From Prolixibacteraceae bacterium (GTDB taxonomy: Bacteria; Bacteroidota; Bacteroidia; Bacteroidales; Prolixibacteraceae): a stretch of 64,000 bases of DNA. Within the stretch, counting starts at the first letter, position 1, and every line of letters begins with the position of its first letter. The stretch covers positions 213,229 through 277,228 of the forward strand of contig CAXXHH010000008.1 of NCBI GenBank assembly GCA_963663005.2, written 5' to 3'. The notes under the pieces were generated by a model. It was not told the origin of the DNA. It was given only the letters and a program-made list of their open reading frames with translations, and ran no database searches. The position numbers and the translations under genes were made by a program. Positions 56,093 to 64,000 of the stretch are shown here, piece by piece.

Positions 56093-56623
56093 ATGAATAT
56101 TACAATAGAAGAAGTTAAAAGATCGATTCGTAACGTCCCAAATTTTCCTAAGGAAGGGATTCAGTTTAAGGATGTTTCTACAGCATTTAAAGACAAGAAA
56201 ATTTTTAAATATATAGTAGGAGAGATACGAGATTATTATTCAGATTTCGGAATTACCAAAGTTGTTGGTATAGAATCCAGAGGTTTCATAGTTGGTAGTT
56301 CGTTGGCTGTTGAATTGCATGCTGGCTTCATCCCAATTAGGAAGCCAGGCAAACTACCCGCAAATACATTTAATCAGTCGTATGAGCTCGAATATGGGTC
56401 AGATTCATTGGAAATTCACACGGATGCTTTAGATAAGGACGATGTGGTACTTATTCATGACGACCTTTTGGCTACCGGCGGAACCGTGAATGCGGCTGTT
56501 GACTTGGTGAAAAAATTCGGTATTACGAAAATCTATGCCAATTTCTTTGTGGAGCTAGATTTTTTGAATGGGAGAGAACGTATTCGCGAGGGTGTACCTG
56601 TATGGTCACTAATTCATTATTGA
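56093..56623 (+). CDS. apt: Adenine phosphoribosyltransferase
   Basis: FPKEGIQFKD, GIESRGF, VLIHDDLLATGGT. Confidence 0.95.
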   Translation: MNITIEEVKRSIRNVPNFPKEGIQFKDVSTAFKDKKIFKYIVGEIRDYYSDFGITKVVGIESRGFIVGSSLAVELHAGFIPIRKPGKLPANTFNQSYELEYGSDSLEIHTDALDKDDVVLIHDDLLATGGTVNAAVDLVKKFGITKIYANFFVELDFLNGRERIREGVPVWSLIHY

Positions 56624-56629
56624 TATTTT

Positions 56630-58441
56630 GTGAAAAAGGAGCATTCTATACAAATTCTTGACGCAGTAAAACAACTCCCTCCGAATCCAGGAGTATATCA
56701 GTTTTTTAACTCTGAAGACAAAATCATCTATGTAGGCAAGGCTAAAAATCTAAAGAAGCGTGTAACTTCTTATTTTAAAAATAATCTCGACAATAGAAAG
56801 ACTGAAATTTTAGTAAATCAGATTTGCAAAATCAGGCATGTTGTCGTCGATCATGAGGAGGATGCACTTATTCTTGAGAACAGTTTAATTAAGAAATATC
56901 AGCCTAAATACAATATTCTCTTAAAAGACGACAAGACTTTTCCATGGATATGTGTAAAGAATGAACCTTTCCCTCGAATATTTTATACACGCAAAATTTT
57001 TAAGGATGGCTCGAATTATTTTGGTCCATACACCTCGGTGTTTATGGCCAGGACTATTCTAGAAGTTATAAAGCAGATTTTTCCGATTCGCAATTGCAAA
57101 TTGGCTCTGAATAAAGCGAATATAGAATCGCATAAATTTAAGAAATGTTTAGAATTTCAGATTGGGAACTGCAAAGCACCGTGTGAAATGTACTATTCCA
57201 AAAGCGAGTACGATGCCGATATACAAAATGCCAAGGCGATTTTGAGTGGAACTTTGACTCCAGTTTTCAATTTTCTAAAGGGGGAAATGAATTTGGCTTC
57301 AGAAAGATATGATTTTGAAAAGGCGAATGAATATAAAAATAAGATTCAAATTTTAGAGAATTACAAAAGTAAATCACTGGTTTGCAGCGCCTCTCTTACG
57401 AATTTGGATGTATTCTCTATTCATGAAGATGAAAAGAATGCTTACGTCAACTACTTTAGGATTATCGACGGATCAGTTGTGAATACCTATATTCTGGAGG
57501 TCAGAAAGAAAGGTAATGAGACGAAGGAAGATATTCTATCGTTTTGTATTATTGAAATTAGGAAGTTGTTTAATTCTAAATCAAATGAGATTATTCTTCC
57601 TTTCTCTTTAGATTTTGCTCCTGCGAATTGCAGGATTACAATCCCACAGATAGGTGAAAAGAAAAAAATATTGGAACTATGCGAGCGAAACGGACGATTA
57701 TTTATGCTTGAAAGATCAAAAAATGAATCTGTAAAATCTCCTGTTTCGAAAAAGCAAAGGCTACTTGAGGTGATTAAAAAGGATCTGCAATTGGATAACC
57801 TTCCGCATATTATCGAATGTTTTGACAATTCAAATATAATGGGCGACTTTCCGGTTTCGTCATGTGTCGTATTTAAGGATTGCCAACCATTGAAATCTCA
57901 TTACAGGCACTTCAATATAAAATCAGTGGAAGGGCCAAACGATTTTGCGTCGATGCAAGAGGTAATTGAGCGTAGATATAGCAGACAATTAAGTGAAGGT
58001 AATCAACTACCAGATTTAATTGTTGTTGATGGGGGAAAGGGTCAACTTTCTTCGGCATATTCTGTTCTGGCTAAATTGGGTTTGGAAAACAAAATCCCTA
58101 TAATCGGAATCGCAAAACGACTGGAGGAGCTTTATTTTCCCAACGATCCTGTACAGCTTTATTTGGATAAGAAATCCGAAACGCTTAAGGTGCTTCAACA
58201 ATTGCGGGACGAAGCCCATAGATTTGGAATTACGTTTCACAGGAATAAACGTTCGCAAGATTTTATCAAATCTTCTTTAACGGACATTCCGGGAGTTGGG
58301 GATTCAACGCTCGAAAAGCTGCTAACTAATTTTAAATCAGTAGAAAGAGTAAAAATGGCGAGTCGGGAAGAGTTGGAACGGGTGGTTGGCAAGGATAAAT
58401 CCAATAAGATATTAGCCTATTTTTCAGCTGGTAGAAGTTAA
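56630..58441 (+). CDS. uvrC: Excinuclease ABC subunit C
   Basis: GIY-YIG domain (PGVYQFFNSEDKIIYVGKAKNLKKRV), endonuclease V-like domain and a C-terminal HhH. GTG start at 56630. Confidence 0.95.
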   Translation: MKKEHSIQILDAVKQLPPNPGVYQFFNSEDKIIYVGKAKNLKKRVTSYFKNNLDNRKTEILVNQICKIRHVVVDHEEDALILENSLIKKYQPKYNILLKDDKTFPWICVKNEPFPRIFYTRKIFKDGSNYFGPYTSVFMARTILEVIKQIFPIRNCKLALNKANIESHKFKKCLEFQIGNCKAPCEMYYSKSEYDADIQNAKAILSGTLTPVFNFLKGEMNLASERYDFEKANEYKNKIQILENYKSKSLVCSASLTNLDVFSIHEDEKNAYVNYFRIIDGSVVNTYILEVRKKGNETKEDILSFCIIEIRKLFNSKSNEIILPFSLDFAPANCRITIPQIGEKKKILELCERNGRLFMLERSKNESVKSPVSKKQRLLEVIKKDLQLDNLPHIIECFDNSNIMGDFPVSSCVVFKDCQPLKSHYRHFNIKSVEGPNDFASMQEVIERRYSRQLSEGNQLPDLIVVDGGKGQLSSAYSVLAKLGLENKIPIIGIAKRLEELYFPNDPVQLYLDKKSETLKVLQQLRDEAHRFGITFHRNKRSQDFIKSSLTDIPGVGDSTLEKLLTNFKSVERVKMASREELERVVGKDKSNKILAYFSAGRS

Positions 58442-59403
58442 AATAATGAGGCGAAAAGACGTCTTTCAAGCAAAGTTTTAGATCCTGAGTTAAACCACTC
58501 AAGCAATGCTTTATAATTATGAGCTGTACCAATCATAGAATTGATAGCTAATAAAATATGTTCTTCTATCTCATTTGTTAGTTCAATATTTAATGATAAA
58601 ATTATTCCTTTTTCAATTTCTAAAGTATAAGCTATAGTTTTGTCGTTAATACCGAACGAATTTCGATAAATATATTTTGGTGAGTAGTTATATATCCAAT
58701 CAGTTGTAGAATATTTTTCGCTGGAGATCTTTCCAATTTCCCCCTTTTCTTGTTCAGTGAGAGTATAGACTTGTATTTTTTGTTTAAACTCTTGCTGCAA
58801 GTAGTCTGTATATTTACTAGTTAACAGGTGAACCGTCAATTCTGGTTTTACTTCCACGAGATTCATCACTTTTGAGCGAACAGAAGGAATTGATTTATCC
58901 CTGAATCTTTCCGCATTTCCTGCCAAGGAAGTCGAAAGTTGGTTGAGATCGCAATTAACTAGTAATGTGTTGTGTGCTAATTGCCTGTTTTTGAAGATGT
59001 GCATTGCACTTCCAGACACCTTTTTGCCCTTGAGCATAAAGTCATTTCTTTCCGATAGCGATACGTCGATCCCAATGAAATGGAGGAAGTCAAATATTGA
59101 TTGCGTGATTTCCTTGTAACTTACGCTTTCAACGGATTTATTTGAACGTAAAAAGCTGAAATTCAAGTTTCCTTCGTCGTGAAAAACGGTTCCCCCTCCT
59201 GATAATCGCCTGGCTATTAATATATTACTTTCCTCAATATAGCTTGCATTGATTTCCTTTTGCACGATTTGATGTTTACCAACAACAACGGTTGGTTTGT
59301 TTACGTAAAGGAAAATATAATCTGAATCACTGTTTTTTAATAGAAATTCTTCGGTAGCAAGATTCCAGTACGGATTATTGGTTGAGGATAGTAATAGATT
59401 CAT
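58438..59403 (-). CDS. lplA: Lipoate-protein ligase A
   Basis: RRLSGGGTVFHDEGNLNFSF, GKKVSGSAMH (catalytic Lys), SVRSKVMNL. The start overlaps the TolC stop by 4 nt. Confidence 0.9.
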   Translation of the reverse strand: MNLLLSSTNNPYWNLATEEFLLKNSDSDYIFLYVNKPTVVVGKHQIVQKEINASYIEESNILIARRLSGGGTVFHDEGNLNFSFLRSNKSVESVSYKEITQSIFDFLHFIGIDVSLSERNDFMLKGKKVSGSAMHIFKNRQLAHNTLLVNCDLNQLSTSLAGNAERFRDKSIPSVRSKVMNLVEVKPELTVHLLTSKYTDYLQQEFKQKIQVYTLTEQEKGEIGKISSEKYSTTDWIYNYSPKYIYRNSFGINDKTIAYTLEIEKGIILSLNIELTNEIEEHILLAINSMIGTAHNYKALLEWFNSGSKTLLERRLFASLF

Positions 59404-60923
59404 TTTTTTACGCTTTCTCCGATAAGCATTGGATTCGTATACTTTATCTTATGATCCAGTTCAAAATCATACAGCGTAAGAATTCTTAACCTGTAATAGG
59501 CTAGCCAATAGGTTGCCAAAGAATTGATGTAGTCTAATTTGGCAGTAACCCTTTCGGAAGAAGCAATATTCATATCGGTGATCGTAATTTCACCATTTTG
59601 AAATTTTTTCAAGGCGATAATGTATCCATTTGCAGCAACTTTATCTGCCTCCTCTGCTGTTTTTAACTGGTCCTTCAACAATCCGAATTGTTCAACCTGA
59701 ACAATAACACCTCTGTCAAAATCTTCAAATGACTGTTTTACATCGAAGCTAACAAGATCCCGATTTGATTCAGCCATTTTTACTGAAGAGGCGGCTTTTC
59801 CCCAGTCAAGTATCGGAACACTAAACGTCAGCTGTAACATTCTTTGATTCAATGGATTAGAATATATTCCAGCAAAATTTTCGGCACTATTGGATAGACC
59901 GTAATTCCCGGACAAGGTAGCATTTAAACCGCTACTTCGCTTTGCCTGAGTGAGTTGACTCTCTGCAGAAATGAGTCTTCTCTGATAATACACCTGCTCC
60001 GATCGATTTTCTCTGGCTTCCTTTAATGCTTTCTGCGAGTCGATATCAAAAAGGGTGATTAAAAGTGGCATTTGAAGTTCGATTTTCTCCTTCTGGTCCA
60101 ATCCAATATATGACTTCAATGAGAAATCAGCATTCTTCAAATCCATTTTTGCAGAATTCATGGACTTCTGTGCATTTAAGACGGATAATTCTATTCTTGA
60201 AAAATCATTATCTGAAATTTGTCCAAGCTTCTTCTTGATTTTTGCAATCTTTAGATTATCAGAGCTGTTATCATATGAATTTTTGGCCAAATTGTAATTC
60301 GTTTGAATTCTCAGGTAATTGAAGAAATAGGAAGTTGCGTTATAGGCAATACCCTCAATCGTTTGGATGAAATTTTTCTGAGATTCATCGTAAATCATCG
60401 GTTCTAAAATTTTTGTCCATTTCATCCAGTTGTAAGCAAAGATGGGCTGGTTAAAACCTATCGAAAATGGACTGCCCGAGTACCGGGTATTTTCTTTATT
60501 ATAATCCTGAACCCGGCTGAAAGTTGTGGATGCATAGATTTGGGTGCCAGTCAGTGGTATGTATTGATTAAGATACAAATTTGAATTTATTGACAAATTT
60601 GAAACTTGCTTAAATTCAATACTTCCATCTGGTTGGGTAACAGGTATCGTCGATTGCGCATAATTGGGAAGTGTTCCGTTTAAAATAAGGTTAGGAAGGA
60701 ATTGCTTGGAAAAATTTCTATATCTCCAATAGTAACTAACGTGCTGATTCTGTGCATATTTAAGTGCTGAAGACTGTGAGATTGCTAAATCCACAATATT
60801 TCTGAGGCTAAGACTTAATTTTAGGGAATCATTTCTCACACTACCTTCCTGGGCAGAAAGCCTGGAAATTGCCATCAGGCAAGAAAAGGCTAAAAGCAGT
60901 TTTATGGGAGATTTATAAACCAT
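59400..60923 (-). CDS. TolC-family outer-membrane efflux protein
   Basis: 507 aa with a signal peptide and two repeated coiled-coil/beta segments typical of the OEP family. Confidence 0.85.
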   Translation of the reverse strand: MVYKSPIKLLLAFSCLMAISRLSAQEGSVRNDSLKLSLSLRNIVDLAISQSSALKYAQNQHVSYYWRYRNFSKQFLPNLILNGTLPNYAQSTIPVTQPDGSIEFKQVSNLSINSNLYLNQYIPLTGTQIYASTTFSRVQDYNKENTRYSGSPFSIGFNQPIFAYNWMKWTKILEPMIYDESQKNFIQTIEGIAYNATSYFFNYLRIQTNYNLAKNSYDNSSDNLKIAKIKKKLGQISDNDFSRIELSVLNAQKSMNSAKMDLKNADFSLKSYIGLDQKEKIELQMPLLITLFDIDSQKALKEARENRSEQVYYQRRLISAESQLTQAKRSSGLNATLSGNYGLSNSAENFAGIYSNPLNQRMLQLTFSVPILDWGKAASSVKMAESNRDLVSFDVKQSFEDFDRGVIVQVEQFGLLKDQLKTAEEADKVAANGYIIALKKFQNGEITITDMNIASSERVTAKLDYINSLATYWLAYYRLRILTLYDFELDHKIKYTNPMLIGESVKK

Positions 60924-60926
60924 AAA

Positions 60927-62144
60927 TTATTCTTTTACAGCTATTTCGTTGATATTTTTAAATAGATGATATCCAGAGTTTGGCACTATTATCGTGTCAC
61001 CTTCAGATACGCCATCAATTATTTCTACAAACTCAGGACTTGTAAATCCTGTCGTTACCCGATGCTTAAAGGCTTTGCCTTCCTTGTAAACAAAAAGATA
61101 TTCTGGTTTTCCTTTTTCAAATTGGGGAATATTTCTAATTCGCAATGCATTGTCCTTGTAATTTTTGGCTATCCAGATTTCCAGATTTTGATGGGGCATA
61201 AGTTTCGGATGCGAGTTTTCTTCCAGGTGGACATTGAAAAGTACTTTGCCATTCTCCACAATAGGAGAAACAATCCCAATATTCCCAAGCAATTTAACAT
61301 CTTCGAATACTGCATAAATACGGGTTCCAGTCTTGACAAAATCCGCCATCTTTTCTTCAATTGAACCAGAAATTTTATAAGAAGATAAGTCAGAGATCCG
61401 AACTAAAACCTGATCCTTGCTAACTTTTTCTCCTGTTTTATTTCCAATCGACAATACAATACCAGATGAATTAGATTTTACGTTCATCTGTTCCATAGCA
61501 GAGATTTTCTCCTTCAGCTCTTTTTCCTGAATTTCAATGCCTAAAAGCAATCCCTCCTCTTCTGCCCGAAGTTGTTTGAGACGAATGCTGTTCTTTTCCT
61601 TCGTGGTTAAAAGATCCTTTTCCGCAAGCGCTATTTCCTGTTTAGTTTTTTCAATTTTTGCAGGAGATATTCCCCCAACTTCTATCAATTGTTCCTCATC
61701 AGAAAGTTGTGATTTTAAGCTGGTAATATTTAATTTCTTGACATCTTCGCTATACTTTAAATCGATTTTAGTTGAAGTTTCAGCAAGATTATTCTTCTCG
61801 AGACTGTTTCTCTTGAGAGCTAATTGATCCTTAATATTCTCAATTTCCAACTTTATTTGCTGGTCGTCCAGTATTAGAATTACATCTCCGGGCTGAACGT
61901 TACTTCCTGGTTCCTTAATGATTTTTTTTATGGTACTGGGATAAACACATCGTATAAGTACCTCGCTTTCAGGTTCAACAATACCAGATGTTTTGATTGG
62001 ATCAATTACTTTACCCCTTTCAATTTTCAATATGACACATTCATTTTTCTCAATGATGCTTGGTTTATCAGAGCAAAATATGAAACTTATGATCATAAAA
62101 AATGATCCCAAAAGGAATGGGATGTTTTTTTCTTTGATGTACAT
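60927..62144 (-). CDS. Efflux periplasmic adaptor (HlyD/MacA-type membrane fusion protein)
   Basis: N-terminal TM anchor, a lipoyl-like hairpin (VQPGDVILILDD), a long coiled coil and a beta-barrel domain. Confidence 0.8.
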   Translation of the reverse strand: MYIKEKNIPFLLGSFFMIISFIFCSDKPSIIEKNECVILKIERGKVIDPIKTSGIVEPESEVLIRCVYPSTIKKIIKEPGSNVQPGDVILILDDQQIKLEIENIKDQLALKRNSLEKNNLAETSTKIDLKYSEDVKKLNITSLKSQLSDEEQLIEVGGISPAKIEKTKQEIALAEKDLLTTKEKNSIRLKQLRAEEEGLLLGIEIQEKELKEKISAMEQMNVKSNSSGIVLSIGNKTGEKVSKDQVLVRISDLSSYKISGSIEEKMADFVKTGTRIYAVFEDVKLLGNIGIVSPIVENGKVLFNVHLEENSHPKLMPHQNLEIWIAKNYKDNALRIRNIPQFEKGKPEYLFVYKEGKAFKHRVTTGFTSPEFVEIIDGVSEGDTIIVPNSGYHLFKNINEIAVKE

Positions 62145-62321
62145 GGTTATTGGTATTGATCGGATTCTGAAACTCTCGATTATCTGGCAACTATATACCA
62201 GCCTGACAACAAAGTTAAGAAATCAACTCAGAGGAAACATAAAATATTCAAAATAATTAATTGGGAATCTTCATGTTAAGGGTCTCGGCGGGAATGACTA
62301 TTTGAGTTAATCAATTAACAA

Positions 62322-63081
62322 TCAAATGAATATTAATAAGGCAGAAATAAATGTAATCACTACAACGGTCCAACGATAGGAGATATCGTTAATCATGTGC
62401 ACTATTTTTATACCCATGTAGGCACCAAGCATTACAAATGGGACGGCAAAAAAGTCGACCGTTAATGATTCTCTATTTATGTTATTCCAAACAAAAAATT
62501 GTAAAGGGAACTTTGCCATGTTAATAATCGCAAAGAACCAGGCCGTTGTTCCAATGTAGTTTTTCTTAGTAAGATTTAAGGCTAGCAGATAGATCGCAAA
62601 AACCGGTCCGGCCACATTGCCAATCATCGTTGCAAATCCTCCAAGAATTCCGAATATTGCTGCAAATAGTGGGTGACCAGAAATATTACTTCTTTTTTGA
62701 ACCAGGTCATTCCACACCATCAAAACAAGGGAAAATAAGACCGATATGGCGATTATATGCTTAAATTGATGATCATTTACCAATGTGCCAGTCCACAGGG
62801 CGACAAATAGCCCCAATAATGCCCATGGGAGCGCTTTTAGCAATGGTTTCCATTCGGCATGACGGTGATAATACAAGACCGCAAATAAATCGGCTGTGAT
62901 TAAAATTGGCAGCAATACGCCAGTTGACGCTTTCCCCACCGAAGATCATTGCCATCAAAGGAACAACAATCATTGAGACTCCCGGGACGCCGGTCTTGGA
63001 CATTCCTATCAGGAGTGCGCACATACCGATAAGAGCCCAATATGTCAATGGTAAGGAAGAATAAGCGAACGAACCCTGCAT
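62322..63081 (-). pseudogene. TauE/SafE-family anion exporter interrupted by a 1-nt frameshift in a G4/C4 run
   Basis: ORFs 62773-63081 and 62322-62939 overlap in different frames. Removing one C from CCCC at 62934-62937 joins ..VPLMAMIFGG | KASTGVLLPILITADLF.. into one roughly 250-aa protein. Confidence 0.6.
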
Positions 63082-63167
63082 TTCTATATGATTTTCTGAT
63101 TTGAATTGATTTACCTATTTTTGCAAAAAATTTAAAGATAGATTTTTAACGACAAATTTAGTGGATA

Positions 63168-63737
63168 ATGGCAAGTTTAGCAGATTTTCGTAATGGATTG
63201 TGTATCGAATTCAACGATCAGATATTTCAGATTGTGAGCTTTCAGCATGTCAAACCGGGCAAAGGGCCAGCGTTTGTCAGAACAAAGCTGAAGAATATGA
63301 AAACGGGGAAGGTAATTGATAACACTTTTTCCGGCGGTACAAAAATTACAACGGTTCGGGTTGAGAGGAGGCCTTATCAATATCTTTACCATGATGAAAC
63401 CGGCTATAATTTCATGAATGCTGAGACTTTCGAACAGGTGAATATAGACGCTGCGATGGTTGAGAATGCGGATTTAATGAAAGAAGGGATGACGGTTGAA
63501 ATCACTTATCATGCGGAAACAGAGACTCCTTTAACAGTAGACCTTCCTCCTTTTATCGAATTGGAAATCACCTACGCAGAACCGAGTGAACGAGGAAATA
63601 CTGCATCTTCGACAGCCCTAAAGGCAGTAACAGTGGAGTCAGGAGCGACAATTTATGTTCCTCTATTTATTAATCAGGGGGATATTATTAAGGTAGATAC
63701 GCGGGATCGTTCGTATTCTGAGCGAGTAAAGAAATAA
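63168..63737 (+). CDS. efp: Elongation factor P
   Basis: FRNGLCIEFNDQIFQIVSFQHVKPGKGPAFVRTKLKN and the C-terminal OB domains. A TAnnTTTG-like box (TATTTTTG, 63116-63123) lies upstream. Confidence 0.97.
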   Translation: MASLADFRNGLCIEFNDQIFQIVSFQHVKPGKGPAFVRTKLKNMKTGKVIDNTFSGGTKITTVRVERRPYQYLYHDETGYNFMNAETFEQVNIDAAMVENADLMKEGMTVEITYHAETETPLTVDLPPFIELEITYAEPSERGNTASSTALKAVTVESGATIYVPLFINQGDIIKVDTRDRSYSERVKK

Positions 63738-63794
63738 ATTTCATAAAAAAAACCGGGGAACTTCTTCCCCGGTTTTTTTTTATGAAATTTATTT
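63733..63794. terminator. Bidirectional terminator between convergent efp and queA
   Basis: Core stem CCGGGGAA/TTCCCCGG (63753-63760 / 63765-63772), flanked by A- and T-runs and an extended palindrome AAATAAATTTCATAAAAAAAA / TTTTTTTTTATGAAATTTATTT. Confidence 0.8.
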
Positions 63795-64000
63795 CTAGAT
63801 AATTAGCATTGCATCACCATATGTCCCAAAATGATATTTTTCACGGATTGCTTCTTTGTATGCATTCATGAGATAGTCGTAACCGGCAAATGCGCTAACC
63901 ATCATCAACAGTGTTGAAAGCGGCAGATGAAAATTGGAAATCATGCTATCGGCAACACTGAAATCATAAGGAGGGAAGATAAACTTGTTCGTCCATCCTT
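63795..64000 (-). CDS. queA: S-adenosylmethionine:tRNA ribosyltransferase-isomerase, C-terminal 68 aa (rest outside window)
   Basis: Not in the ORF track. My reverse-strand translation reads ..[46 protein letters not shown], matching the conserved QueA C-terminus. Confidence 0.9.
   Translation of the reverse strand, partial: GWTNKFIFPPYDFSVADSMISNFHLPLSTLLMMVSAFAGYDYLMNAYKEAIREKYHFGTYGDAMLII

Overview
This is a 64-kb chromosomal segment with Bacteroidota hallmarks: many Tat/Sec-exported periplasmic enzymes, a GxxExxY cassette, a dut-TPR-DUF4292-degenerate-LytM envelope cluster, and a plant-type glutaminyl cyclase. I call about 55 protein genes. I found no rRNA, tRNA, CRISPR array, transposase or integrase.

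Layout:
- 1-10.8 kb: glycan-degrading enzymes (GH92, Ser-type S1 sulfatase, GH29 fucosidase, sialate O-acetylesterase), plus a Tat-exported enolase-superfamily enzyme and two membrane-anchored hydrolases.
- 10.9-18.5 kb: a plus-strand cluster of periplasmic redox proteins. It holds a DUF1080 protein, an FGE-fold lipoprotein, a tetrahaem NapC/NirT cytochrome fused to a second FGE-fold domain, two Tat Gfo/Idh/MocA oxidoreductases and a ThuA-HEAT protein. This is the most unusual part of the window.
- 18.7-22 kb: a GT2 enzyme, a GT-C/TPR glycosyltransferase and a small membrane-anchored protein.
- 22-26.8 kb: a selenium-utilisation locus (selD, DUF3343, cysteine-desulfurase-like gene, yedF, selU), interrupted by a GxxExxY gene flanked by inverted repeats.
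- 26.9-41.4 kb: mixed periplasmic enzymes (gluconolactonase, Tat TIM-barrel isomerase, ceramidase-like protein, Tat aldo-keto reductase with Fe-S domain), then an FAD protein translationally coupled to metH.
- 41.4-64 kb: housekeeping genes (dut, ruvB, rpiB, hemW, ybeY, mnmG, apt, uvrC, lplA, efp, queA fragment), envelope genes and efflux genes.

Non-genic signals:
- A family of period-8 CCAAAATC-type intergenic repeats in four same-orientation copies.
- A roughly 100-nt stem-loop plus mini-ORF module present twice, at 28.2 kb and 47.3 kb.
- Two apparent frameshifts in membrane-protein genes.
- A strong GC gradient, from roughly 50-60% in parts of the left arm to roughly 25-35% at 47-62 kb.

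All calls rest on reading the supplied translations and sequence by eye. No searches or computations were run, and the GC values are hand counts on single 60-nt lines.
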